A stretch of 56,429 nucleotides of DNA from a virus, in IMG/VR virus record IMGVR_UViG_3300012960_000001, positions 1 to 56,429 of that record; one strand, written 5' to 3'. Shown here piece after piece: positions 43,093 to 53,366 of this stretch. Each line of letters opens with the position of its first letter. Positions within the stretch are counted from its first letter, which is position 1. The notes under the pieces are model-generated. The model saw only the letters and a program-made list of their open reading frames with translations. It was not told the origin of the DNA and did not search any database. The translations under genes and the position numbers were made by a program.

Positions 43093-43512
43093 TTATTTTA
43101 TTTGCAACTCGTCCCCAGTAATGGAAAAATGTAAATTCTGTAATTCATGTACGTATTTCAATTCCTTTCTAATATCCTGTACTCCGGAATCATATTCAAA
43201 AAATATAGGTAACGGATCGTGAAGTCCATTTGAAACATAGCATATCTTTTCCCCTTTAGGGCCTTCAAAACCCCATACAATTTGATCAATCTCATTATCC
43301 AAAGTCACCATTCCGAATTTCTCCATCCATTTTTCAGTAAGTGGAATGCCAGATAATTCATTTTCGTAGGCTATAGCGAGATGTTCCTTTATAAGATAGC
43401 GTACTAGAGGCGCATCTGATCTCCTAATTTCTTCAATTGTGATAATTTGTTCATTTGAATGCAAGTCCCTATAAACCCAATTGCCAATTCTTAGTTGCGA
43501 AACATTTATCAT
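43093..43512 (-). CDS. Hypothetical protein
   Basis: Track ORF, 139 aa. Confidence 0.55.
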   Translation of the reverse strand: MINVSQLRIGNWVYRDLHSNEQIITIEEIRRSDAPLVRYLIKEHLAIAYENELSGIPLTEKWMEKFGMVTLDNEIDQIVWGFEGPKGEKICYVSNGLHDPLPIFFEYDSGVQDIRKELKYVHELQNLHFSITGDELQIK

Positions 43513-43522
43513 TATAAGTTAT

Positions 43523-43714
43523 TTATAGCCATAAAAAAGACTTTAATTTCCCCAATACATTTTTGATCATCCCCTTCCCGTTGCGCATCCTGGTTATTTC
43601 TCCCGTCTTAGGATCCACATTTACCATGCAGTTGTAACAGGAAAGTAATCCATCATATGGTTCCTCCAATTGCTCTAAACACACCGGGCAGTTTAGTATT
43701 TTCTTGTCAGGCAT
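43523..43714 (-). CDS. Small zinc-ribbon protein
   Basis: CPVCLEQ...CYNC. Confidence 0.5.
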   Translation of the reverse strand: MPDKKILNCPVCLEQLEEPYDGLLSCYNCMVNVDPKTGEITRMRNGKGMIKNVLGKLKSFLWL

Positions 43715-43923
43715 CCGCGAATTTACGAATTCTGTTTAGGGTATGCGATCCTCAGCAGATCATAAAGCGCAGCTTCAAACCCAAATCTACATCCGCATTG
43801 ATCTTTTTTCTTCTCCTGATGTGCTGTTATCATTTCCATTATATCCTTTGGAACCTTTGTTAATAGCTTCGCGGGCTTCTTTATGGTAGAATCCATTATT
43901 TGTTTTTATATAGCAAATATATA

Positions 43924-43936
43924 GATAAAATTTATA
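43924..43936 (+). promoter_or_regulatory. Late-operon motif variant gataaaatttata (copy 3); a TAttTTTG -7-like box lies at 43965-43972
   Basis: 11/13 identity to the 22906 and 30421 copies. TTG at 43942-43944 lies 20 nt upstream of the -7 box. Confidence 0.4.
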
Positions 43937-43996
43937 GAAAGTTGATTATGATATAGAAAATATCTATTTTTGATATAGGATAACACAATATTCTTT

Positions 43997-44365
43997 ATGG
44001 CCGAGAAAATGCTAAAAATAGTTCAGGATGGTCGGGAGTCTTATATCCCTGATAATAGATTTAACCGGGCCTTCTGGACTAAACATAATTCAAGGGTAGC
44101 CGGTAGTTACAACGCGCAAAGAGAGCTTGTGACAATTCTCCAACCATCACAGAATGAGTTAGCAGAATTAGAAAAACAAACCGCCTTAGAAATAGGACAG
44201 AAACCCGTTATTGCGGCTGCAAACAATGAACTGGACACACTGAAGCAGCAGGTTGCGCAGATGCAGGAGATGATTGCTAAACTCACTGAGCCGGTAGAAG
44301 AACAACCAAAAGAGAAAGGAAAACCAGGCCCAAAACCTAAAAACGATAAAGATGGCGAAAGCTAA
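43997..44365 (+). CDS. Hypothetical protein (coiled-coil, basic C-terminus)
   Basis: Track ORF, 122 aa. Confidence 0.6.
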   Translation: MAEKMLKIVQDGRESYIPDNRFNRAFWTKHNSRVAGSYNAQRELVTILQPSQNELAELEKQTALEIGQKPVIAAANNELDTLKQQVAQMQEMIAKLTEPVEEQPKEKGKPGPKPKNDKDGES

Positions 44366-44433
44366 ACCAATGAAACCGCCGAAGCCAAAGGGTAAACCTT
44401 GCTGCGGTCGTTAATTCAATCAAAAAATCTTAT

Positions 44434-45336
44434 ATGCCTGTAAACGTAGGGACACTTTTAACAAATTTAGCAAAGAAGGTAGGGTACGATCCGGCACTTG
44501 TAACAATTGCCGCTGATGCATTTTCGGCAGAAGTGCCGGAAGAACTAGCAATAGCATTGGAAGGGAAATTACTTACTGAGGAATCGGCACGTAATAATCC
44601 AAAACTTAAAAGCTATTTCGCTAGTCAAGTATTGGACACGATGGATAATAACATCAAATCTTTGCTAGATGAATTTGAGGTGGATGAAGATGTGAGGGGA
44701 GAAATCCTGGGCATTAAAAGCACGTACGAGCGTATCCCTGCCTTAGCAAAAAAGATTCGTGAACTGGAAGCGGCTAAGGGCACTGCTAACAAAGGAGACA
44801 AAGCTGCCCTACAAGAACAAATCAATAATCTCAATAAAACGATTGCCCAAATCACTGCTGAAAAAGACAAAGCTGTTCTGGAAGAAAGGACAAAAGCCCA
44901 GCAGGAGATTGCGGAACACATGTTCAGACATTCAATTGAGTCAGTAGATTTAATTACTGACCTTTTTGATAAACCAACCATGCTGGATATTGCCCAAAAG
45001 CGTATTCAGGATGAGTTAAAATCCCAAGGTGCCAGGGTGGTGATTAAGGATGGTACGTTAACACTTGTTCAGGCTTCTGATGAAGCGTTAGATTTTTACA
45101 AAGACAACAAAAAAGTTACCTATTCCGATTTCCGTGATAAGGTTTTAGCCAACGCGAAGATTGTAAAGGTATCAAATGCTGCCGGCCAGTCCGGGTTACC
45201 AGCCGGCCAGTCCGGGACACTTGCCAATAATGGCACTAACTCTCAGACTACCACGGCGGCAGCTAATTCGGCAATGAATCCTATATTAGCAAAAATAGAA
45301 CAAGCCAAAGCTGCATATGCCAATACAGGTAGTTAA
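44434..45336 (+). CDS. Putative scaffolding protein
   Basis: 300 aa, highly charged helical sequence immediately upstream of the capsid candidate. Confidence 0.5.
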   Translation: MPVNVGTLLTNLAKKVGYDPALVTIAADAFSAEVPEELAIALEGKLLTEESARNNPKLKSYFASQVLDTMDNNIKSLLDEFEVDEDVRGEILGIKSTYERIPALAKKIRELEAAKGTANKGDKAALQEQINNLNKTIAQITAEKDKAVLEERTKAQQEIAEHMFRHSIESVDLITDLFDKPTMLDIAQKRIQDELKSQGARVVIKDGTLTLVQASDEALDFYKDNKKVTYSDFRDKVLANAKIVKVSNAAGQSGLPAGQSGTLANNGTNSQTTTAAANSAMNPILAKIEQAKAAYANTGS

Positions 45337-45367
45337 GGAGTGATTTAACTTCTTAATTATTACTACA

Positions 45368-46495
45368 ATGGCAAACGGGTTCTGCCCCTCGATACTCGCG
45401 CAACTGAGTGATATTACTCAGTGTAATACTCCCGCATTTAAGGTTACACCGGCGGGTTTCCTGCAAAAATTACTGGAAGATAAGCCATCCCTTCAACTGC
45501 TCACATTAAGTGATGGTAATGGCCATCAGAGAGATGTACGTTATAAATACAAAAAGCGTATCGTTCCTTCTCAAACTGACACTGATGATAATTGTAACAT
45601 CAATTACATCCCTGCTTGGTTAGAAGCTGCGCTGGCTACTACTAACTTCCGCAAAGTAGCATTCTTTATTGATGATGAAACCATGGCAAAATACTGCGCC
45701 GATGCATCTCGCACGGTGATGGTAGGCCAGCCAGGCACACCACTTATGCAGGAGTTCATGACCGACGTTATGAACGCTGTGAATGGTTTGGTAGGTGGTA
45801 TTAACCAGGATCTACTCACTTTGCAGGCTATCAAGTTTGGCCGTAATGTAGTTACCGGTTTGAATACCGCACAAACGGTAAACATTCCTAAAGATGCCAC
45901 TCAGTATGACCTCAGCACCGGTATAACCAAAATCCTTGCTGACGCTTCTGAGAATGAGTTCTGCGGTGATATCTCTATCGTAGGTAGTGGTATCATGAAC
46001 AACTTCCAGATTCAACAGCTTGTTTCTTGTTGTAATGCTGGTGGTATCGATATGTCACGTTTTACTGGCTTCCGCTTTTATCATGATCTGTATGCTAAAA
46101 CCGCATGGGGTACTAACCAGGTAGGTGTATTCTCTCAGGGCTCTGTCGGTCTGATTGACATCATTCGTTATCAGGGCTTCCGCGCTGGCGACAAGGGTGT
46201 GTCTCAGTTCTTTACGCTGCCCTTACCGGTGCTATGTCCTAACTGTAATGGTGGTTATGACGCTTTGGAGGTTGACGCACAGCTGAAATACTTTGATTGC
46301 CCGCAGGATATTGAAAGTGAATGCGATGGTACTGTTCCTATCAACCGTGGTTATGCTCTGATTCTGTCTAAGACTTACGGATTGTTCAATGTTCCGTCTG
46401 ACGCTTATCAGAATGAGGCTATCTATAGTGATTGCGGTACGGATCGCCTGAGCGGTAATAACGGTACGTTGCGTTACACCATCACCAACAGCTAA
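45368..46495 (+). CDS. Putative major capsid protein
   Basis: 375 aa following the scaffold-like gene. Call is by position only. Confidence 0.55.
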   Translation: MANGFCPSILAQLSDITQCNTPAFKVTPAGFLQKLLEDKPSLQLLTLSDGNGHQRDVRYKYKKRIVPSQTDTDDNCNINYIPAWLEAALATTNFRKVAFFIDDETMAKYCADASRTVMVGQPGTPLMQEFMTDVMNAVNGLVGGINQDLLTLQAIKFGRNVVTGLNTAQTVNIPKDATQYDLSTGITKILADASENEFCGDISIVGSGIMNNFQIQQLVSCCNAGGIDMSRFTGFRFYHDLYAKTAWGTNQVGVFSQGSVGLIDIIRYQGFRAGDKGVSQFFTLPLPVLCPNCNGGYDALEVDAQLKYFDCPQDIESECDGTVPINRGYALILSKTYGLFNVPSDAYQNEAIYSDCGTDRLSGNNGTLRYTITNS

Positions 46496-46497
46496 TC

Positions 46498-47037
46498 ATG
46501 GCTACGATTATCGAATGCTTTACTGGTTTCATAGGCATATTAGGATGCAATTCTGAGACGCCTGGTAGCGGGTTATATATTAATTCGCTGCCGGGTGTTA
46601 CCCTGGAAATGGTTGATAAGATCGCGGATGCGGAGCAGGTTACCTACCTGGGCGTTTGGAAAGAAGTTGAACAGCGGGCTATTCTCCGGTTTCGTACTCA
46701 GTTCATGGCTAAACTTAATGAGTGCTACCAGATTAATCAGCGGGCTACAGTAGAGTGTATTGCCTGTGAGAACAAAGATTTGTTGGCAAACTCGTTATGG
46801 TATTTGCTAGGTTCTGAATTAATGGTAGAACGGATTTATTCCAACCGGATAAACCGATACACAACCATTGACGAAACAGAAGCTAAGGAATTGCGGGACT
46901 ATTTCACTGCTGAATTTGAGAAAGAGCTGGCATATGCCGTTCAGGGTATAGACGTGGAAAATTCCGACTGCATAACTAACGAAACAGACTGCCTGCAGGA
47001 AAACGGTCCTATTCACTGGCGAGAAAGTGCAATGTAA
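46498..47037 (+). CDS. Putative head-tail connector/completion protein
   Basis: Position after the capsid gene. Confidence 0.4.
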   Translation: MATIIECFTGFIGILGCNSETPGSGLYINSLPGVTLEMVDKIADAEQVTYLGVWKEVEQRAILRFRTQFMAKLNECYQINQRATVECIACENKDLLANSLWYLLGSELMVERIYSNRINRYTTIDETEAKELRDYFTAEFEKELAYAVQGIDVENSDCITNETDCLQENGPIHWRESAM

Positions 47038-47606
47038 TGGCTAGTAATATACAGGAACTGATATTGGAATTAAAGAGTCTACAAGAAGATAAGACGGAGT
47101 ATATGAGAGCCGTGGTATCAGTTCTGGTAGGAGAAGTTAGACAGCGTATTCATGTAAAAGGAGAAAAGGCTGATGGAAGCAATATTGGCACCTATAGTAG
47201 CGCATATTTAAAACTTCGATCCGGTAATTATGCAAATGCCGGAACCTTCAGTAAAGGGGCAAAGAAAGGACAGCGAAAGGACGCAGGAACTTTTACTGAC
47301 AGGACAATTCGGCTAAATAAGAAAACTGGAGTCTTTACCGGAGAGGAAAAAGTTGGCAAAGCTCGTCCTAATTATAACAGAGGTACCGATCCTAAGGTGA
47401 TCTTGTCGTTGACAAGGCAAATGGAGCAGGATTTTGTTGCTATAGCAGAGAATAATGAATATGGGCTTGGATTTAATAATAAGGACAATTTCGATAAAGC
47501 CACCTGGAACGAAGAACGCTACAAGGGAGTGTATAATCTAAGTCAGCAAGAAATAGAACTAGCAGAAACGACCATAACCGATTACATCAATGGCTTACTT
47601 GGGTGA
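47037..47606 (+). CDS. Putative head/tail completion protein
   Basis: Position. Overlap-coupled. Confidence 0.4.
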   Translation: MASNIQELILELKSLQEDKTEYMRAVVSVLVGEVRQRIHVKGEKADGSNIGTYSSAYLKLRSGNYANAGTFSKGAKKGQRKDAGTFTDRTIRLNKKTGVFTGEEKVGKARPNYNRGTDPKVILSLTRQMEQDFVAIAENNEYGLGFNNKDNFDKATWNEERYKGVYNLSQQEIELAETTITDYINGLLG

Positions 47607-48159
47607 AATAGTAGAGACAATCAACACCACTTTAAAGGCTAAACTAACTGCTTTCCCTTTGAGCCGGTACAATGGGTTGTCTTATCCAATAGCCCGCAAG
47701 AAGGGAACCGCCTTTGAGTATTTACCGGCCCTAATATCCAGTTCAGGAGATGCCCGACTAATCACTTTCGACGACATTAATGAGTTAGAGATATATCACA
47801 GGATAGCATCTTCTACTTATACTCAAAGCGGGGTTGCGACCTATGGCAATGGTTATGATGCCTTCAAACATAACTATGATGTGGATTTAATAGTGATGGG
47901 CGATAGGCGGAAGGTTCAAGTAGCACCAGATGTGCTAGAAGCCGCAATCGCCTCCAACATGCCCAGCACAACTACCATAGATGGCATAAGAGGGATTAAT
48001 ATCCTCGCCGTTAGTGCCAATCATAATAGCCGATCTTTATTCAGCCAAGAGTTCCAAGGTGCCGATTATTACTTGAAACCAGAACATATATTTTTTAGCA
48101 TTCGATACCGCGTAGAGATACAATATCAAAAAGGGTGTTTAGTCCTTTGTCAGTGTTAA
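47590..48159 (+). CDS. Putative tail completion protein
   Basis: Position. Confidence 0.35.
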   Translation: MAYLGEIVETINTTLKAKLTAFPLSRYNGLSYPIARKKGTAFEYLPALISSSGDARLITFDDINELEIYHRIASSTYTQSGVATYGNGYDAFKHNYDVDLIVMGDRRKVQVAPDVLEAAIASNMPSTTTIDGIRGINILAVSANHNSRSLFSQEFQGADYYLKPEHIFFSIRYRVEIQYQKGCLVLCQC

Positions 48160-48178
48160 CAATTTAAATCTGTCAGAA

Positions 48179-48739
48179 ATGGCTACAGTATATTATCCGG
48201 GTTGCGATGTAGATGAATTACCAGACTACCAGTGTGACCCATGCGACGACTACGAGAAAGGCCGTATCAGGTCAGTTGGTTTCGTGTCTGCAGCTTATCG
48301 AGCTACGCTTATCGCCAATCCTACCAACTTTACAATTTGGCAGAACGGTATTGAGAGCGGGGACATTATCATTATCCCGAAGGTTGTGGGTTCCTTAGAC
48401 GCGCCTGATCCGATTACCGGTCCTGGTTATGGTGATGATGTGGAAACAATCTTAGGACGTGATTATACCTTGATTTGGCGCGATCCTTCCTATAAGAATA
48501 ACTGCACATTCTATAACACATTGAAGCGCCAGAACGGCAAATATTACGGTATTTATCGGACTGGTACGCAGTCCCACATTACAGACAAAACCGTTACGAT
48601 CGACACACGTGCTCCGGTTACAGAAAACTTGGAGGACAATGTGGAATGGAACGGTTCTGCAAAGTGGCGCTCAAATGATAATCCATGTCCTTTCGATACT
48701 CCTGCCGGCATCTTTGAATGCTTTGGCCTTTTACCTTAA
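48179..48739 (+). CDS. Putative major tail (tube) protein
   Basis: Position after the connector genes. Followed by a strong hairpin terminator, as is common for abundant structural proteins. Confidence 0.35.
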   Translation: MATVYYPGCDVDELPDYQCDPCDDYEKGRIRSVGFVSAAYRATLIANPTNFTIWQNGIESGDIIIIPKVVGSLDAPDPITGPGYGDDVETILGRDYTLIWRDPSYKNNCTFYNTLKRQNGKYYGIYRTGTQSHITDKTVTIDTRAPVTENLEDNVEWNGSAKWRSNDNPCPFDTPAGIFECFGLLP

Positions 48740-48742
48740 AAT

Positions 48743-48768
48743 AGCGGCCTTCGTGCCGCTCTTTTTTT
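48743..48768 (+). terminator. Intrinsic terminator/attenuator after the putative tube gene
   Basis: AGCGGC-cttcgt-GCCGCT followed by CTTTTTTT. Confidence 0.7.
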
Positions 48769-48990
48769 ATGGCAGTAATAAACTTTACCGTGGGTCAACC
48801 AGGAGCACCAGCGGCGGGAAGTGCTAATTATTACAGTCCTATTCTCAATGGTAAAAAGCTAAAGGTTTTCCGGGAAGGGCAGTATCAATATCGCACTGGT
48901 GCCAATTTCATAATCGCTCCTGGATCAGGGGCCGTTTTATTCTTTCCCTCATTCTATGACGGGGAGCGGATACGAATACAAACTATATGA
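48769..48990 (+). CDS. Hypothetical protein
   Basis: Track ORF, 73 aa. Confidence 0.5.
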   Translation: MAVINFTVGQPGAPAAGSANYYSPILNGKKLKVFREGQYQYRTGANFIIAPGSGAVLFFPSFYDGERIRIQTI

Positions 48991-51791
48991 GAAGAATACT
49001 AACCATAATACTTTTAGCTTTTTCGTTTGCTGCAGCTGGGCAGACACAACCGCCGATCTCACAGGGAAGCAAACTTTACCAATTCAGAAACGGTGTGAAG
49101 GTAGATAGTGCATTATTTCTACCCAGGAAAGATACTGGGGTTACAGATGCTACAATGAGAGCCCCGGGCATGTTACAATATCGAATACAGGATAGCCTTC
49201 TGTATTGGATGAAAGGTAATAAAATGACCCCTATTGCCAGCGGAGCAGTTGATTTATCAGCCTATTGGGATAGCCTAACTACAAAAGCCAATTTTCCTAT
49301 CGATACAGTACAAACAGTAGAACTAATGGAGTTCTATACAGGTAAGGCCTTATTGATGGTCGTATCCGATCCGCAAAGAGGCGGTCTGTTTAAAAGGAAT
49401 TTTTCGGCTTCTTTTGGTAATGAAATTACCCGGTACCCTAACATATTTGGCGATGTGTGGGATAGGATATTTAATCCGGCGGACGGTATTTTTATTGATT
49501 GGGCACCTATCGATATTACCGGCGCAATTGATGCCAGTACCGCCTTAAAAAATGTGTTCGCATTGCCTTATAAAAAATTTGTTGGTGGTCCCGGCAGTAG
49601 GTACCGGCTAGACGATAGCATTTTCATTGCTAATAAGGATAGCATGACTGTTGATTTTAACGGCGCTACTATCTATGAAAATACCGTCCACACTAGAACA
49701 ATTAGATTCTACGGATGTAATGCCCTCACGATACGGAATGGTAATTTTGATGGCGCCCAAACATATGCATCATTTCAAACTAATCCAACAATATTCCGGT
49801 CTTATATACAAATTGATAGCTGCATTAATGTAGTTGTAGATAATATAAGATCAAAAAACAAACAGGGGTCTATAGCCTTCAGGAAAGCCTATAGATTCTA
49901 TTGTAATGGAATAGAACATAAGGGATTTTTAACTAATAGTAATAAAAGTAATTCAAGTATATGTCCTGCCATCCACATAGAGCATGATGGATTTGACGCA
50001 GTGACGGGATGGAATGGTTATAACGTGATAAGCAATTCCCATGCTAGTAATAATGGCAGTGTAGTTCTATTGGGGGACGATGCGCAGTTATATACAATAA
50101 CGAATATACGTGGGGATAGTTTATTTGATAATGGCGTTTATATCTCGTCTGGATTATATGCTAGTGTAAGCGGATGTAATTTTCGGTATGTATCCGGAAC
50201 GGGTATAAAAGCACGTGGCCGTGGGTTTACAATTAATGGTAATATAATAACTAACTCTAGCTTCGGAATAATAGCAACAGGTAATAACAGTGATACCTTC
50301 TTTGGCGCTATTCCGGATGATTTCGGTGGTAACGGGTATAACACGATTATTTCTAGCAACACTATCGACAGTGTTACTACAAAGGGCATCAGCGTTGAGT
50401 CACAGGACAATCTTACTTCACACCATATAACTGTAAGTGACAATATTATATCACACCATATTAACGCCAGTAATTCAGCTTTACAAGTAAGTTCCATTGC
50501 AGGAGCAACTATTACGGGGAATAAGATAAATGGGTCAACGGCTTCTACAGCGGTTATTATAAATAATAAATCGGGTGATAGTACCCAAAACCTTCAATTT
50601 GCACATAACACGCTTAATGCATGTACGGGAATTGGAGTGACTTTCACCGGCGTTAAAGTAAGTATTATTGAAAGTAATAGATTCTTCAATGTCACCGGCA
50701 ATGCAATGCTTTTTCAAAGCTGTAGCGGAAACCAGGTGATCAATAACTACTCCGATGGATTGAGCTATAATGCCTCAGCAGCAAATAGTAATACTCGGAA
50801 TGTGTTCATGTTTAACCGGGGAAGTTCTGCCACAACCGATAATGCAAATAATGCCGTATTGTGGAATCTGCCCAATACACAACAAGGGATTACAAACCGG
50901 CCATGGTTTACTGCCAGCACTACCGTCGCCACATCAATCCCTTATATAGCACTTGATACTGTTTCCAGTGCGAACTGGACCAGACTGTCAACCTTTTACT
51001 CTCTTAATGCATTAACAACAGCAACTCAAACATTCGCTGTCGGTAGTGCTGGATCCGATTTCGCCATTAGTTCAAGTGGAAGTACCCATACGTTCAATAT
51101 TCCCACACAGGATGGAACGAAAACACGTGGGCTTTTAACTTCAGCAGATTGGACAACATTTAATAATAAAGCACCCGGCAGCGGATCTGCTAATTATATA
51201 CAACAACAATTTGTTTCAGCCCAAACGGGTGGATATTGGGTTGGGGGCACGGGAAGAATGTTTTCTGTACAAACAACCGCCGGAACAATGGGAGGTGGGC
51301 AATCTCATATACAATTTATGACTACCGGCGCGGTTAATAGATGGTCCATGGGTTTGCAGGGAGCTGAATCTACCGGTAATGCAGGTAGTGACTATTATCT
51401 AAGCAGAAATGCTGATGATGGAATTACAGCATTGGGAACTGTCTTATATATAAAGCGATCTAATGGTTTTATAGGAATTAATACAAATACTCCTGCTTCA
51501 GTACTACACATTGCGGGTTCTGTATCAACAAACTTTGCTTCAGTATCAAGTAATACAACTCTTGATTCTACCCATTATACAGTTCGGGCAACTGTATCAG
51601 GTATTACCCTTACACTGCCAACTGCTAGTGACTGTACTGGTAGGATTTATTGTATAATTAACTACAATACAGGCGGCAATATTAGCATTAGTGCCTTCCT
51701 ATCACCTGTAGCTGTAAGTACTACAACAATTTCCAACGGTTCAACAGTTTGGATACAATCTGACGGAAATAATTGGTTTCAAATCAAATAA
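48987..51791 (+). CDS. Right-handed beta-helix (pectate-lyase fold) tail fibre/depolymerase-like protein with a signal-peptide-like N-terminus
   Basis: Repeated PbH1-like turns (NGNIITNSSFGIIATGNN, VSDNIISHHIN, ITGNKINGS, IIESNRFFNVTGNA). N-terminus MRRILTIILLAFSFAAAGQ. Confidence 0.65.
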   Translation: MRRILTIILLAFSFAAAGQTQPPISQGSKLYQFRNGVKVDSALFLPRKDTGVTDATMRAPGMLQYRIQDSLLYWMKGNKMTPIASGAVDLSAYWDSLTTKANFPIDTVQTVELMEFYTGKALLMVVSDPQRGGLFKRNFSASFGNEITRYPNIFGDVWDRIFNPADGIFIDWAPIDITGAIDASTALKNVFALPYKKFVGGPGSRYRLDDSIFIANKDSMTVDFNGATIYENTVHTRTIRFYGCNALTIRNGNFDGAQTYASFQTNPTIFRSYIQIDSCINVVVDNIRSKNKQGSIAFRKAYRFYCNGIEHKGFLTNSNKSNSSICPAIHIEHDGFDAVTGWNGYNVISNSHASNNGSVVLLGDDAQLYTITNIRGDSLFDNGVYISSGLYASVSGCNFRYVSGTGIKARGRGFTINGNIITNSSFGIIATGNNSDTFFGAIPDDFGGNGYNTIISSNTIDSVTTKGISVESQDNLTSHHITVSDNIISHHINASNSALQVSSIAGATITGNKINGSTASTAVIINNKSGDSTQNLQFAHNTLNACTGIGVTFTGVKVSIIESNRFFNVTGNAMLFQSCSGNQVINNYSDGLSYNASAANSNTRNVFMFNRGSSATTDNANNAVLWNLPNTQQGITNRPWFTASTTVATSIPYIALDTVSSANWTRLSTFYSLNALTTATQTFAVGSAGSDFAISSSGSTHTFNIPTQDGTKTRGLLTSADWTTFNNKAPGSGSANYIQQQFVSAQTGGYWVGGTGRMFSVQTTAGTMGGGQSHIQFMTTGAVNRWSMGLQGAESTGNAGSDYYLSRNADDGITALGTVLYIKRSNGFIGINTNTPASVLHIAGSVSTNFASVSSNTTLDSTHYTVRATVSGITLTLPTASDCTGRIYCIINYNTGGNISISAFLSPVAVSTTTISNGSTVWIQSDGNNWFQIK

Positions 51792-51803
51792 AACCTATAC
51801 CTA

Positions 51804-52418
51804 ATGGGACTTTATTATAATAATACTGTAATTATAGCTGACATACCCACCGACATGCGGGCCTTAGTGTCCTTAGATAAAACTTTATTTATGGTTCCAG
51901 GACCAAGTGTAGCATGGCCTAATCCAACTCAATGGTGGATGTATAATGGAACATCCACAGCAACGGATAATGGCACTACAATACTAAAACCAACAGCCCT
52001 AAGCGTTTCGGATCCGGGAAGATTTTTAATTCTGACCATCAATGCGGTGCCGCCTACAATGACGTTAAATTCTGCATCGGCGCGTAGCTTTAATAGTGCA
52101 TTTCAGATCAATACCGCAAAGGACACTATAGCTTATTACAGTGTCAGGGCGGTGACGAACCTCACCTTAACAACTGGGCAAACCTGTAAGGTAACATTAG
52201 AGATAAGTCCGGATGGCTCAACAGGATGGACGGCTACTACGGCAACAGAAGGCGGACTTACTGGAACATTGGTTGTTGGGCTGAATCTTAATGCTGCCAA
52301 TGGAGGTGCAATAGCGGGTTTTGTACCCAGGGGTTATTATGCTCGGCTAAATACTACTGGCACCTCGGGCGCCGTTACACCCACCTTAGTGAGTCAACAA
52401 GAAGTATTATTTGGATAA
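51804..52418 (+). CDS. Hypothetical (tail fibre-associated?) protein
   Basis: Track ORF, 204 aa. Confidence 0.5.
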   Translation: MGLYYNNTVIIADIPTDMRALVSLDKTLFMVPGPSVAWPNPTQWWMYNGTSTATDNGTTILKPTALSVSDPGRFLILTINAVPPTMTLNSASARSFNSAFQINTAKDTIAYYSVRAVTNLTLTTGQTCKVTLEISPDGSTGWTATTATEGGLTGTLVVGLNLNAANGGAIAGFVPRGYYARLNTTGTSGAVTPTLVSQQEVLFG

Positions 52419-52429
52419 ACAGAAATACC

Positions 52430-52702
52430 ATGGCAAATTTTCTAAACAACGTAAATCATTCCAGTCCATCATGGATGGTGAATTTAACTGCTGGATTAGC
52501 ATTGTTGACACCAATTCTACCCAGCCTAATAAATACTTTACCGGGTAATGTATCCCAATTGACTAGGGATTGGCTAACATGGTTACTATCCGTTCTGGCC
52601 GCCATATCAGGTGTAATCACGGCCTTTTCTAGGAAGAGCGATGTTATAATGGATGGTCCTGGTGGCACAGACCCTAAAGGCCCTAAACCGCCAACGCCTT
52701 GA
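52430..52702 (+). CDS. Holin candidate (2 TM)
   Basis: LTAGLALLTPILPSLI and LTWLLSVLAAISGVITAF. Upstream of the endolysin. Confidence 0.45.
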   Translation: MANFLNNVNHSSPSWMVNLTAGLALLTPILPSLINTLPGNVSQLTRDWLTWLLSVLAAISGVITAFSRKSDVIMDGPGGTDPKGPKPPTP

Positions 52703-53088
52703 CCAGAAAGGGGATAATATTATTATTCCTTGTTTTTTCATGGCCTGTGAATAATGTACATAGGCTATGGTGTCATGCATCACAGCAGCCTAGATATTTA
52801 TTTCCTGGGGATAAAAGCTACTGGTCTACTACGCAATGGTATGTACATGACATTGGGGAGTGTATTAGCTATTCACTAATAATTTTAGCTTCATGGCTTT
52901 ATATTAATAGTAACCTAAAACGTGATAAAGATACCCGCGAGTTATTTGGTGCGATACTAATAAACCAGGCACTTGATTTGCCGCATTATTTATGGAGTGC
53001 CCGACATAGTGAATGGCTTTTAGCATTACAAGGGGTTATAGTATTATACCCGGCGGTCAAAATATTAATAAGGAAAATTGATACATGA
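52699..53088 (+). CDS. Multi-pass membrane protein (holin/antiholin candidate)
   Basis: 3-4 hydrophobic segments. Confidence 0.4.
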   Translation: MTRKGIILLFLVFSWPVNNVHRLWCHASQQPRYLFPGDKSYWSTTQWYVHDIGECISYSLIILASWLYINSNLKRDKDTRELFGAILINQALDLPHYLWSARHSEWLLALQGVIVLYPAVKILIRKIDT

Positions 53089-53366
53089 TGAACCGGCCCA
53101 TAAAGTTTTGGGAATTTATGATTGCCGTAATTGGTGTTATAGTTACTATCTCCACCCTCATTTATAACCGTGGAACGATGGAGGGAGAGAACTATCAGAA
53201 GCAGGTAAACATAGAAAAACGTTTGGATGGACATGACGCGCAGTTAAAAAAAATGGACGAAAACATGTCAGAACAAAATAGGCACACCGGCGAACGGCTG
53301 GATAAAATAAACGACAATTTAGTAGATGTGAAAATCCTTTTGCAAAACAAACAGGATAGGCGATGA
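53085..53366 (+). CDS. N-terminally anchored coiled-coil membrane protein
   Basis: FMIAVIGVIVTISTLIY followed by a charged helix. Confidence 0.4.
   Translation: MMNRPIKFWEFMIAVIGVIVTISTLIYNRGTMEGENYQKQVNIEKRLDGHDAQLKKMDENMSEQNRHTGERLDKINDNLVDVKILLQNKQDRR

Noticed and set aside
44352-44414. 20-aa basic mini-ORF MAKAKPMKPPKPKGKPCCGR between the 122-aa gene and the scaffold gene
   Set aside because: It is too short, overlaps the end of the preceding CDS out of frame, and has no support beyond an ATG. I leave it unannotated.
45181-45216. Direct repeat gccggccagtccggg x2 in the scaffold-like gene
   Set aside because: It is a short in-frame duplication encoding AGQSG twice in a low-complexity tail, with no regulatory context.
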